Origin: Camelus ferus
Taxonomy: Eukaryota
Assembly (NCBI RefSeq): GCF_009834535.1
Contig: NC_045697.1
Span: 6,574,001-6,638,000 of the forward strand
Length of the DNA: 64,000 nucleotides
Reading direction: 5' to 3'
Of this stretch, positions 1-11,290 are shown piece after piece (the first letter of the stretch is position 1; each line of letters starts with the position of its first letter). The notes under the pieces were generated by a model that was given only the letters and a program-made list of their open reading frames with translations, had not been told where the DNA came from and ran no database searches. A program made the position numbers and the translations under genes.

Positions 1-217
1 CAAGCTGCTTGAAGCCTGGACTTGATCTGTGTTGTTCATGCTCTGTTCCCAGCACCTGGAACAACACTCACTAAACTTTACAGATGAGCAGATGGAACGG
101 GTTAATAAGGGGTTACCTAGATTTCTCAATTTATGCCAAACAATTTGAATATTAAGGCTTCGTGTCATTAATACCAGGTCTTAGATGAAAGCATGGCTCC
201 TGTACTGAGGGATTGCC

Positions 218-827
218 CATTATGGATTGAGTATGTTCTTTTTTTTTTTTCAATTGAAGTACAGTCAATTACAATGTGTCAATTTCTGGTGTACAGCATA
301 ATGTTTCAGTCATGCATAGACATACATTCGTTTTCATAGTCTTTTTCATTGTAGGTTACTAAAAGATATTGAATGTAGTTGCCTGTGCTATACAGTAGAA
401 ACTTGTTGTTTATTTATTTTATATATAGTGGTTAGTATCTGCAAATCTCAGACTCCCAATTTATCTCTTCCCACCCCTTTACCCCCCGGTAACCATGAAT
501 TTGCTTTCTTCTGATGTGCTTAAATGAAGAGGAGAGACACACAGAAAGGAGAGCAGCCTGTGAAGACACAGAGACACAGGGAGAAGGTGGTCACATGAAG
601 ATGGAGGTAGAGGTTGAGGTTCCACTGCCATGAGCCAGGGAATGCCTGGGCTACCAGAAGCTGGAAGAGGCAAGGAAGGGACCTCCCCTAGAGGCTTTGG
701 AGGAAGCATGGCCCAGCTGACACCTTGATTTAGGACATCTAGCCTCCAGAACTGTAAGAAAACATGTGTCTGTGGTCATAAACTGCATGATTTGTGGTAC
801 TGTTATGGCAGACCTAGGAAACTGACA
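218..827 (+). mobile_element. MaLR solo LTR (MLT1C-like), interrupted by an L1 3' end
   Basis: 5' start CATTATGGATTGAGTATGTTC (218-238) resembles the MLT1 start. Body 511-827 has GCCAGGGAATGCCTGGGCTACCAGAAGCTGGAAGAGGCAAGG...GACACCTTGATTT...CCTCCAGAACTGT and ends GGAAACTGACA. Confidence 0.85.
239..510 (-). mobile_element. 5'-truncated young L1 3' end (camelid-type)
   Basis: Poly-T 239-250, then AATTGAAGTACAGTCAATTACAATGTGTCAATTTCTGGTGTACAGC...; closely similar to the copies at 27955-28200 and 57700-57962. Confidence 0.9.
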
Positions 828-2329
828 TGGAAGCATATATGAATAACCTTGAAACACCATTGTTTTGGAAATTCCTGTAGAAAAACAATTTTCCTAATGC
901 AAGCCCATAATTCTCTAGTTCCAAACACATTTTTTTCCCTCATCAAAACAGTATTTTTATAATGCCATTTTAAATAAATGATCTGAGGTTTTTTAGGAAG
1001 GCAAATATGATAGACGTTTGCTGTGTGTTGTAGAAAGGGAGACCATAGCTTTAAACCATCTTGCAGCCCTGGTGGTAGAGATCCTATGAACAGCAGCTGT
1101 AATCTCTGTTTAAATAGCACCTGAGGTCATGCCTTCAAATATTCCAGGCCTTTCAATGCAAAGGCTGCCCTGGCTTGACATTGGTTGTCTTGCTATTGGT
1201 TGTGATAGGGGAGAAGGAACCATTTTCAGGGCCCATCCCTGAATCATCCCCCAGGACCCAACAACTGCCATGTCAGCCTTTTGAGCGGCATAAACACCAG
1301 TGGCATAAGCACAGTCAAAAGCACCCCCTTTTTTGCTGACTCATACAAGATTCCCCAATTCTACTGAATTTCTGTCCTGTGAGGTGTAGGCCTTCAGACT
1401 ACACCTTGGGGCAGAAGGTAAGGAATGAAGGCTCTCACACCAGCTGAGCACCTGTGCCGTCCCACTTATTCTGCATGTATTATCCTAGGTGAACACTCCC
1501 ACCACTTCTCAGGACAGACTTTACTCTCTATTTTAAAAGAAGGAGATTGGAACTCTGAGAGTTTAAGTGTTAGAAAACCAGACAGTGGCTGGGTCTGGGC
1601 TTGACCTATCTCACACTGGGACAACTCTGAAGCCCTTCCTTGGCTCCACCCTTCCTCCAAGACTAGACTAAACTCCACGGCCTGCTCTATACCTGCTTCT
1701 CCTTATGCTCATCCTGGCCCTGCAGGGATCTTCTGGATCTTACCACAGCAGAGGTGAGAGATGTGAAGGGAGAACAAACTCCTTACCCCCAGGTAACTTC
1801 CCTGAGGCTTGTTTCCTTCTCCCCTCAGCCTGGTCCAGATCAGCTTTCCAGGCATGTGGTTCTCTAGTCAATCTTGTCCAAAATAGAGGTGCATGCGGGG
1901 AAGGGAGCAGAGAGGAGTTTCCAGCTCAGAGTTTCATGTTTCAGTCCATGGAGAGTGTAGTCCCCATGGTTTGCCTTCAACCCCATTTTGTTCTTGTCCA
2001 CAATTAGATTTCTTCTCCAAGTAGGTGGGGTGAGGAGGTTTGGCCCTGGAGTCTGTGTCAGATGGCTTGGAAGTGCCAATCAGGTCCTCTTGGCCATTAG
2101 TTCAGAGCCAGATCTGGCTGCAGTGGCCTTCTACATGAGCTTCCTTAGCTGTCTCTGCTGCGTCTACTCCATCTCTGCCTCTAGAGGCTGCCAGCACCCA
2201 GCCTCACAGCCACACCTGGAACCTCTCACCTCCAGCACTGAGCCCCTCAGCTGCTGCTCGAGCGTGAGATGCTGCAGGACTCACCTGGGCCCATGTGGAA
2301 CAACTGAACACACAGGGGAGTTAGAACCC

Positions 2330-2651
2330 TTTGGGCTTTATCTTTGACATTGGGAAACTTAAGCTGGCAGATATGCTCTTCCTCTCCATTACCCAAAGGA
2401 ACTGTCCAGAACACAGTGGCTTGTGAGGCCACCAGGAAGATAATATCATGAGAGAGTGAGATGGAATAATTCCTTGGGCATGACATGAAGTGCTTAGCCA
2501 GCCTGGTGTCATCGCATCCTATTGGCACTCTCTCCCAGCCTGTCATATCCCCTTTTGCCCTCATTCCAGCTTCCCTAGGATCAAATTCTCTAATAAAGTA
2601 GTCAACCATTAATGCCTTAAGCTCTTTTTTCTGGGGAACCAGTTTAATACA
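2330..2651 (+). mobile_element. ERVL LTR fragment (LTR16/LTR33-like)
   Basis: 3' end CTTCCCTAGGATCAAATTCTCTAATAAAGTAG...TTCTGGGGAACCAGTTTAATACA resembles the ERVL LTR16-type terminus; 5' boundary uncertain. Confidence 0.5.
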
Positions 2652-2664
2652 GGTCCCCTCTATG

Positions 2665-2832
2665 GTTGGTTTCACAGTGTTTTCTCTGTATCACTGAAAC
2701 ATGTTAGAATGCAGATTCCAAAGCTCTACCCAAGACCTATAATTTAGAATCTCTGGGCTTCAGGTATAGGGCTGTGCATCATAAACAAGTTCTCCTGTGA
2801 TTCTTACTCACATTACAGTCTGAGAACCAGTG
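2665..2832. mobile_element. MER5-type hAT-Charlie MITE
   Basis: TGTTAGAATGCAGATTCC...AGAATCTCTGGG...AACAAG...GTGATTCT...TGAGAACCAGTG terminus. Confidence 0.75.
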
Positions 2833-3571
2833 CTCTTGTTTAGGATAAACCGAAGGAACGAGCAGGATATGTGACCAACCCTTGGCATCTTGTTTGTCTG
2901 GAACAACTGAGGAATCCCTAGCTATGACTTGCAGACCTACCTGCCATCCCTCAGCCTGTAATACACTTCCTGCCACAGGTCGATGATTATAGATGCACGG
3001 GATTACAAGAGAAATCTTAAGTAAATCCCACTCAAGAAAAGCCAGTTAAATACCTGGCATCACCAAAGGCTGCCACAGAGTTTCAGGGCAGCCATCCTAC
3101 TGCCACTGGCCCCATGCCTGCTCTCACCTCAGTGTTACCCGTGAGGAGTGGCTGAGTATTGCACAGTTCATCGAACATCTGCAGTCTGGGGACATGATGC
3201 TTGAACAGGTAGACTTCTTGAGAACTAAGACAATCATATGAAAGTCTGCACAGCTGACTTAATTAGGAAGGTTCCCTGCAGAATTAGCCTTGGGGCAGCC
3301 AAGAAATTTCAGCTGATCGTCTCTTGGTAAGCAAAAGAAGCTACTGGTGGTGTTTATAAGTACAGTGAAAACAAAATTACAACAGTGAATAAAATTGGGA
3401 GGGAGAATATAATTACTACCTCTTTCCCCCTGAATGATTCACTCTCTAAGTTCAAGGGCCCCTCTTACTCCAGCACATCCTTGGTGTAGTTAGCAGGACC
3501 CCTGGGTGGGTACAACATAAATTTACTTTTGATTTCCTTTTTGTTGGCTACTTTTGGGCAAAGCTACCTAA

Positions 3572-3800
3572 TGTGGTAGGTGGAGAATGGACTAGAGAGT
3601 CACATAGACATGATTTCAAAACCCAACTTGCCTTCCACTATCTTGGGGACATTGAGCAAACTACTCCCACGTCTAAATTTTGGGCGACTCATTTGGACAA
3701 CAGACAATTTGGTTCAGCTTTTGTAGGTTGTGTGAATGAAATGAGGCTAATTACGGAAGGGTCATGACATGTTATAGGGATTTAAGAAATCGTAGTTAAG
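3572..3800 (+). mobile_element. MIR SINE
   Basis: GAGTCACATAGACATGATTTCAAAACCCAAC...TTGAGCAAACTACT...GGTTGTGTGAATGAAATGAG: degenerate MIR head and core. Confidence 0.65.
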
Positions 3801-3876
3801 GGCCATCATCATCTTCATCATCATGATCATCAAACTGGGCCGAGAAGACAGGAACAGGACACGTGTTTATGGAAGT

Positions 3877-4445
3877 GTTGATGGTTTTGTGTTGATTTCT
3901 GTGCTATAAATAGGGCTGAAGAGGTAAAAGCTAAAAGAGACAGATTTTTACTCAGAAGGAAAACCCTTCTCTGAGCTAAACAACAATGGAATGAATGTTA
4001 ACTCAGATGGGTAAAGCAGATTGCTTTTCTCAAAGTGGGCAGCCCTTCTTGAATCATTAATGACCTGGATAGGATGGAAAGGCTGATGACGAGGGGACTC
4101 TTTCTGCCTGACTGCTTGGGCTGGCACACTGGGCTTTCCCACCTGCGGACTTGGACTAAAACATTGGCTTTTCTTGAGTCTTGAGCCCACCAGCTTTCAA
4201 ACTGGAACTTAAACCATACTCTCTCCTGGGTCTCAGGCCTTTGGACCCAGTCTGGAACTATACATTGACTCTCTTGAGTATCCCTGTTGCTGACAGGAGA
4301 TCTTGGGACTTTTTAGCCTCTATAATTTTATGAGCCAATTCCTTATAATCTATGTATGTATGTATGTATGTATGTATGTATGTATGTATCATCCATCTAT
4401 CTACCCATCTATCATCTATCCTTGTAGAATCACCTGGCTAATACA
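3877..4445 (+). mobile_element. MLT2 (ERVL) LTR
   Basis: GTAAAGCAGATTGC...GGGTCTCAGGCCTTTGGAC...GGGACTTTTTAGCCTCTATAAT...GAGCCAATTCCTTATAAT, then a microsatellite, ending CTGGCTAATACA; 5' boundary uncertain. Confidence 0.8.
4351..4420. repeat. (TATG)n/(TCTA)n microsatellite inside MLT2
   Basis: Direct reading. Confidence 0.9.
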
Positions 4446-4829
4446 CTTATGTATAAAGTATTTGTATTTCAATGAGAATTAGAGAAGAAACAGGTTTGGC
4501 AATGGGAAAAAAATCTACTTACAGGATTTACAGCATGAGATAGAGATGAAGGGGTGGATCTGGGGGATAAAGAAAGCAGAATTGCAATGAGGATTAAATG
4601 AGATAATCTACGTAATGCGTTTAACACTAATTATGCATTCAGTGCTATGAGATTGATATAATTATTCCACAGGAAACAAAAGGTCATTGTTATTAAAAAA
4701 GATATCTAGTATATGGAGCCAGAAAAGGAATCCAAGCCTGTCTAACTCCAAAGTCAAATAAATGTCCAAGGTGACTTTATAGAGACCCTGGAATTATCTT
4801 AAGTGGGCTCCTATTATGCATTCACAGTC

Positions 4830-5030
4830 TTCAGTCACAGTCTCCAAACATTTAACATTCATTATTTCATTCAAACTTCAGAACCCAATTTGTGATGTAG
4901 GTGTTGTTTTTAATTTCACCAAAAAAGAAGCTCAAGACTTAAAGAAGAGAAGTGAGTGGCTAATCAAGCAGCTTGAACACAGTGGTCATGCTGGAGCTCA
5001 GACCTCCTGACTCCAAGCCATGTGCTTCAT
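4830..5030 (-). mobile_element. MIR SINE
   Basis: ATTATTTCATT...GTAGGTGTTGTT...GAAGCTCAAG...CTGACTCCAAGCC. Confidence 0.6.
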
Positions 5031-5929
5031 GGCTATTCCGTGGAGTTGGCTTTCAAAGGAATTTGGGTTGTTACATGAGCTGGTAAGGCAATGAACATGG
5101 GTAGGGAAAATTACCTACAACAATCTCTATGTCTTTCGTAAAATAAAAGAAACACAGTTTTGATGGCAAATAGGAATATGCAAATACTATAGCAGAACAT
5201 ATACAATGATATATTTACACAGAGACTGTGTATTTAGAAATTGTCATTTAACTGTTTTACTGCTTAAAACACTTCAGCAGTTGTAGTGATTTCATCTTGA
5301 TGAAAAGTGGTGATCACTTTTTGCGCCTGTAAAATGTTCTGCCAGCTTTAACCCTTGCCTAGTCAAAATTATTTTAAGCCCTTAATCACTTCTTCCATTT
5401 CTTTTATAAAGATATCCACGAGGCTGCCACCATCCCACTTTCCTGGCCACGAGTAAGATATATTTGCTCGATTTCTTTTTCAGTACTTTGACAAGAAAAT
5501 GCTTAAAATCGTGCTGCAGACAGAGCAAGCAGACATTATCTATTTCAGGATTGGTTGCACCTATTGCCTAGGGACATAAGCCAAAATTCTCCCCTTGGAA
5601 ACATTCCCTCCCCTTCCTGCCTCCTAACCAGTGTGATAGAATGTCCTACAGTAAAGGTGTGTCCCAGACCCTCTATACCAAGTTGAGGACACAGATGAAA
5701 ACAGGTAATATTTGCTACTACCACAGACCTTTACTAAACCCTTGGTTCTTGCCAGGTTCTGTGTTAAATGTTAGAAGGACAAATAAAACTCAGTCTCTGC
5801 TTTCAAGGAATTTGCTGTGAGGCAAGAGACTGAAGATAAGCAGACACGTTGTTTGGTGAATGAGCAAATAGAGATGTGAATAAGGGTTTGGGAATGAGCC
5901 TGAGGATATGTGGGAATTGATCATAATAA

Positions 5930-6130
5930 AAATTTGCACAATACTTGCCATGGGCCACTGTAATAAGGGCTTCACATTATATTAGCTCATTTGGTCTTCG
6001 CAGTGACTCTGTGAGGTAGGTTACTATCATCTCTGTTTTACTGATGAGGAAATTGAAGACCGTGGCTTGGTTGGATGGGTCTCCAGGAACATGTAAGATG
6101 GAGCAGGGAGGAGGAGATAGCCCTATTTGA
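5930..6130 (-). mobile_element. MIR SINE
   Basis: CTCATTTGGTCTTCGCAGTGACTCTGTGAGGTAGGTTACTATCATCTCTGTTTTACTGATGAGGAAATTGAAG is the MIR core. Confidence 0.8.
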
Positions 6131-9100
6131 GATATTTGGGGCTGGAGATACTTGGGAGCGCTGCCTGGGTTGATACCTGCACACTACGGATACAGCAGGG
6201 ATCACATCTGGATGGGGAGGATGCTGGATGCTGGCTGAGAGGCAGCAGCAATCTGGGCAGAAGCGGTGACTGGGGCATTTACAGCTGTGTCTACAGAATA
6301 GTGATACAGAGTATCGGCTATTTCTCAACGATGGAGGTACTGGAGGATTGTTGGAGTTCTGCTACCAGCCAGGTCTTAATCTTACATTGTAAGTTAGTAG
6401 CTCTCAATGAATTATTATTTATAAAGCACCTGAAAGAGTGCCCGGAACTTAGTCATTGCTGGTCAAATGCTTATTAAGCTAAATAAATAAATGAACACCC
6501 ATCTAGAGGGCAGCTGATCTTTTCTTCTCACTTGATACCTGTTGCCGTTGGGCAGGAGAACAGAGAGAGGAGCCTGAGCAGGACCAGCATCCTAGGAAGG
6601 GATCAGATAAGGCTGAAAGGACCACCCAGAGACGGAGAAGAACTTTAGCAGAAGCTCACGTCACATCAAGTACATTTCTTCCAGGAGGTGGTGCCAACAG
6701 GACCCAACCCAGTCCGGAGAACAGTGAAGTTAAAGATGGAGAATAATTCATTGGATTTGGAATCCACGTCAAGCATGAGAGCTGGCTTTGCAGGATTGTT
6801 GGTGATAATAGAGCAAATATTTGTCTTTTAGACCCGCCGGGTTCAGCTTTGAACCCACAGCCACAGGCATTAACTACACCACTAGCCCACGTGTCAGAAG
6901 TGGGCTACTTCCCATTTCATTGAGTGTTTCAATAATCATTTACTGAGCACCTAATATGTACCCAACATTGGGTCAGTGGACGGGGGACAAATATGCAGTA
7001 AACAAAACCACGTCTGGTAGGAGAGAGACGTGTGTTTAGGTGTTTGTTCAATGTGTAAGCACAGTTCCCTGCTATGTGCTCTCATGATTCTTACCTTAAG
7101 GACATTTGTTTTCTGGAATTCTGCATTTCTCAGTATAATTGATTGAAAGAGACACAGACAATTTCTAGCTCACCCTATTAAACCGTAAGCTCTGAGGAAG
7201 GCAGGGTCATGTCTGGGTCTACCCTTCGTCACGTCCCAAGCAGCCGGCACATGAACACATACAGAGTAAAGAACACATTTTTGGAAAGTGCAATGAAGAA
7301 ATGGTACGTACTCTCTGGGAGTGTGTAATGGAGGAGCTCATCTAAAATGAGGGGGGCAACTAGAAAAGACCTCTCTGGGAAAGTGACAGCTTAAATGAGA
7401 TTTGCAGGAAGAGCAAGGAGCTAGCTAGAGAAGAGAGAGGAGACCCTGCCAGGGAGGGAGAGGGAGAGAAAGAGACGGAGAGGGAGAGGGAGGCCCGAGT
7501 GAACAGTTAGTTGAATTCCATTTTTCTCGTGTCAAATAGCAGTTTCCTCTCAGCTTCTGTAAAATGCCATTTCAGGAAATCATGCTTTCTGTTTTGTAAA
7601 ATGACTCACGTAAAAGAGCTATTTTGTTGTCATTGGCATTAAAAATAAATTCAGAATAAAATAACTTGGAACCGTTTTTATTTTCACTCTTGATTTCTTT
7701 CATACGAAATGGTGGGACTGCAAGTTTAATTTTTCTTATACCATTTTAAAAATGGACTTTTTTTTCTTACTGGCTGATGGCAGCTGCCTACCCTGAGGCC
7801 CTGGGGATGGTGCTGCCTTCAGTCGCCTTCCCTCCTCCCTCTTTGATCAACCATATGCTGGAGGAGGTCCAGGCTTGCCGCCCTCTTCTCCCAGGGTGGG
7901 ATGGGCAGGCTGGAGCTTCTAGGACAGCCTACCCACGCCTGTATCCTGGATACGACATTTCTGCCCAGGGAAGCTGGTGCAGGTGGAGCTTCTGCACCCA
8001 GAGGGTGGAGCCTCCTTGTGCCCAATGTTCCAAATACGCTGCTTCTTGGCAGTGGACTTGGGGAAGGGTTAACTCTCTGATGCTCAGAGCTCTGAACTCA
8101 GAAAAATAAATGTCATGATTATATAAACTCTTTGGTAAAATGCCTGGCACACAGTGGGTCTTCAGTATAGATAAATCAAAACAGACCTGGTCCTTGCTGG
8201 CTTCCTTATTTTTCTTAAATTCAGCCTTAAATGGGATTTGAGATCCTTTAGTCCCACGTAGAAGGGAGGGAACTCCCAGTAAACTCATTCAGATGAACAT
8301 GAAGGTCAGGCATATACACATGATCTAAAGAAATATTTCTAGGGTCAGAAAGCAGGGCTTTCTAAATCAGATTTGTCCTTGGACTTGAGTCCATGGGGGA
8401 CTGGATGAGCAATTTAGGGAGGAGGAGCTGAACTCTAGTGGATGGAAGACTTGATGGAATACAATTTCTCTTGGGTGCTGTCCCATTCACTTTTCCTTAT
8501 TTGATCCCTCCTCTGAGTCTTTAAATGTTTGTAGGATGGGTTTGATGATTGCTTTTGTCCAGATAAAGAAAGTGGAGCCCAGGTTACCCAGCTGACCGCT
8601 GACCAGGCCAAAGCACCATGCACCTCCTTTCTGTATGTGAGGTCTCTGAGCTACCCCTTCTAATGCCCCGGGCTTCCTTAGGACACAACTAAGGCACATT
8701 TATTATTCATTCATTTAGAGGACACGAGAGTAAATAAGAACTGCTTGCCACCCTTAAGCATCTCACAGTGCAGAGGTGGAGACTGATGGCGATACAGTGC
8801 AACACGGGTCAGGATGGGGGAAAGTGCAAGGTGTGTTTGAACCAAGGGAGTCATTTAAACCAGTATGGAAATGGTTAGAAGTTGGTCAGGAAGGAAATGA
8901 TACTTGTGCTAATTGCTGAAGGCAAAGTGGATCTTCGTTGGACCAAGATGGGGTGCAGGGTTTCCAGGTAATGGGACAGAAGTTGAAGACGACTTAGCTC
9001 TTCCAGAGAAGAGTAGGTGGTTCCCTCTGACGAGAGAAGAGGTAGCAGGAGGAAACCTGGCTTACTGGACAGTATTCAGCGCTGATGTCGGAGAGCCCCA

Positions 9101-9214
9101 GGCTCAAATCCTGTGTGTGTCTGTGCCACTTTCTGCTGCTGTTTCATCTTTCTGTCCACTGGGATTTTACATCTGGAAGCAGAAATACGTTTCTGCATCA
9201 TTTCATGACTATCA

Positions 9215-9450
9215 TATTGGGAAATAGTCAGATAGCTAGCATAATATATATTGCTTCCAGACATTATTCTTAAAGTTTCATAGCTATTAATTCTTTAATC
9301 TTCTCATCTCTTTGTTTTAGACACTGTGCTTTCCCTTATTCTATAGATGAGGGACCTAAATGCAAAAAGAAAAAAAAAAGTAACTTGTCCAAAGTCACAT
9401 GTTAATCAGCAGCAGAGCTAGAATTCAGATGTAGCCATGCTCTTAACTAG
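9215..9450 (-). mobile_element. MIR SINE
   Basis: TTCTATAGATGAGGGACCT...GTAACTTGTCCAAAGTCACA...CAGAGCTAGAATTC. Confidence 0.65.
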
Positions 9451-10404
9451 CGTGTGTGGAGAGCGTGTGCCGCATACAGTGAGCTCACGGCGGGGCAGAG
9501 GGGGCGCTGTGGAGCAGTAGAGGAGGGCAGAGGCCAGACCTTGAAGGGCTCCGATTGCCTTCTCTCCAGCAGATCACTGAGAGCCCAGGGAAGGTTGCAT
9601 GTGATGTGGTTAAGTTTTCATTTTGGGGTGATTGTGCTGGTGGCCACGTACAGAAAGATTTGGAGTGAATGAGCCAGCATATTGTCTTTGCAGGATATTT
9701 AAGGATATTTTAAGTCTGTTGAAAGAGATTAAAGAGTGGACATTTATAGCCTTTACAGCATCACAGAAAGAGGACAGTTTGTAAAGGAAGAGAGGCTGCC
9801 AGCATGCCAGGGTGTCTACTCCTATGATTATGTTATAAGGCTGTCTCTCCAGGGTTTTTCTATAAGGTCTGTTGAAAAGCCTGGCTTAATGAACCAATTT
9901 GGATGAACATACAAAACAGCATTAGGATACTCTGCTTAAGCAACGGTACTCACTTAATTGTTTTAGTGAGTATGCTTCGTATTAATAAGATTCCATTAAT
10001 CCTGGCGAGTGGTGTGTACCAGACAGAAGTCAGGTGTTTTGAATTTGACACTTATACTGACTCTGTGTTTCCATTTGCAACATATAACACTTGAGAGACA
10101 TTTTTTTTTGTTTTGTTTTTACTAGAAGGGACTTTACATAGGATATTTATAAAGCTAATGTTTGTTGAGTGCCTATTACAAATACGTCCTGGCACCACAC
10201 CCGCAGGAAGTTTTCTTGTTTAACCATTCAAACTGACAACGAGGTTGGTGTGATTACAACCCCTATTGTGTAGGGGGGGAAACAAGCAAAAGGAGTCTTG
10301 AGGAAGTAGTCATTTTCCCAAGCTAATTTTCACAGCTAATTTCAAACTTGGATCTTTTTGACTCTAAAACTCCTATTTTCTGTTGTTTAAGTTTGGTGAC
10401 ATAG

Positions 10405-10662
10405 GTATATTGACAGCAAAAAAAAAAAAAAAAAAAAAAAGGCCATAACTCTCATCCCTCCCTGTAGCTGGGCCCTTGCAAGGTGATTTCCTAGCTCTTC
10501 CTATCAACAGGTGGAATGGACTTTCCCCGTCTTGAGTCTGGGCTGCACTGTGACTGGGTCTGGCCAATAGAATGTGGCAGAAATGATGCGCTGCCTGTTT
10601 CAAGCTCAGGCCTCAAGAAACCTTTACATATTTTTCTTAGCTCTTTTGGAACACTGCCAAGT
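10405..10662 (+). mobile_element. MLT1H-like MaLR LTR, 5' part
   Basis: CCCTCCCTGTA...CCTATCAACAGGTGGA...CTTGAGTCTGGGCTG...TGGCCAATAGAATGTGGCAGAAATGA...GGCCTCAAGA; contains an A-tract at 10418-10440. Confidence 0.75.
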
Positions 10663-10667
10663 GACCC

Positions 10668-10905
10668 AGTCTTAGTCAGCTTCAGCCGCTATAACAAAAT
10701 GCCCCAAACTGGGTGGCTTAAACAATAGACATTTACTTCTCATAGTTCTGGAGGCTGGAAGTCTAAGATCAAGGGTGCCATCCAACTCAGTTCTTGGTGA
10801 GGGCCCTCTTCTTAGCTTGTATACAGGGCACATGTGCTCACGTGGCAGAGAGAGAGCACTTTGGTTTCTTCCTCTTCTTATAAGGACACTAATTCCAGTA
10901 AGGGA
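10668..10905 (-). mobile_element. MLT1A-like MaLR LTR, partial
   Basis: GTCTTAGTC...GCTATAACAAAAT...CTGGGTGGCTTAAACAA...AGTTCTGGAGGCTGGAAGTCTAAGATCAAGG...CTTATAAGGACACTAAT. Confidence 0.85.
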
Positions 10906-11034
10906 GCAAAAATGAAGCTGGTCACAAAATGAAAGTAGAGGCAAAAGAAGTGGGCTAAGAAACAATCATAGAGAAATGGAAAGATGCCATCCTCCTCTCT
11001 GTTTATTTATTGGCACATTTCCTTTCTAATAAAA

Positions 11035-11290
11035 AGAGCTAATGTTTGTCAGGCACTGCTGATGTGATGGACCCTATTCCAGCTAATCTGAAAGTATTAA
11101 CTCATTTCATCTTCACAACAAATCCTTGAGTCAGGTGCTGCCCTTGTCCCCATTTTATGGCTGAGGAAGCAGTTGCTTTGGAGAGGAAGGTTCTGGATTG
11201 AGGAAGCGATGTCGCTGCATCTTTGGGAACATCTGTAATATGTTCAACCCCAAAGGCAGAGTGCTTGGCTCTCTCCCAAACGTCCTCAGT
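11035..11290 (-). mobile_element. MIR SINE
   Basis: TATTAACTCATTTCATCTTCACAACAAATCC...CCCATTTTATGGCTGAGGAAGC. Confidence 0.7.

Noticed and set aside
3133..3208. Protein-like frame VTREEWLSIAQFIEHLQSGDMMLEQ as a coding exon
   Set aside because: The donor CAG|GTAGAC is weak, I recognise no homolog, and no partner exons are visible. A tBLASTn search would settle it.
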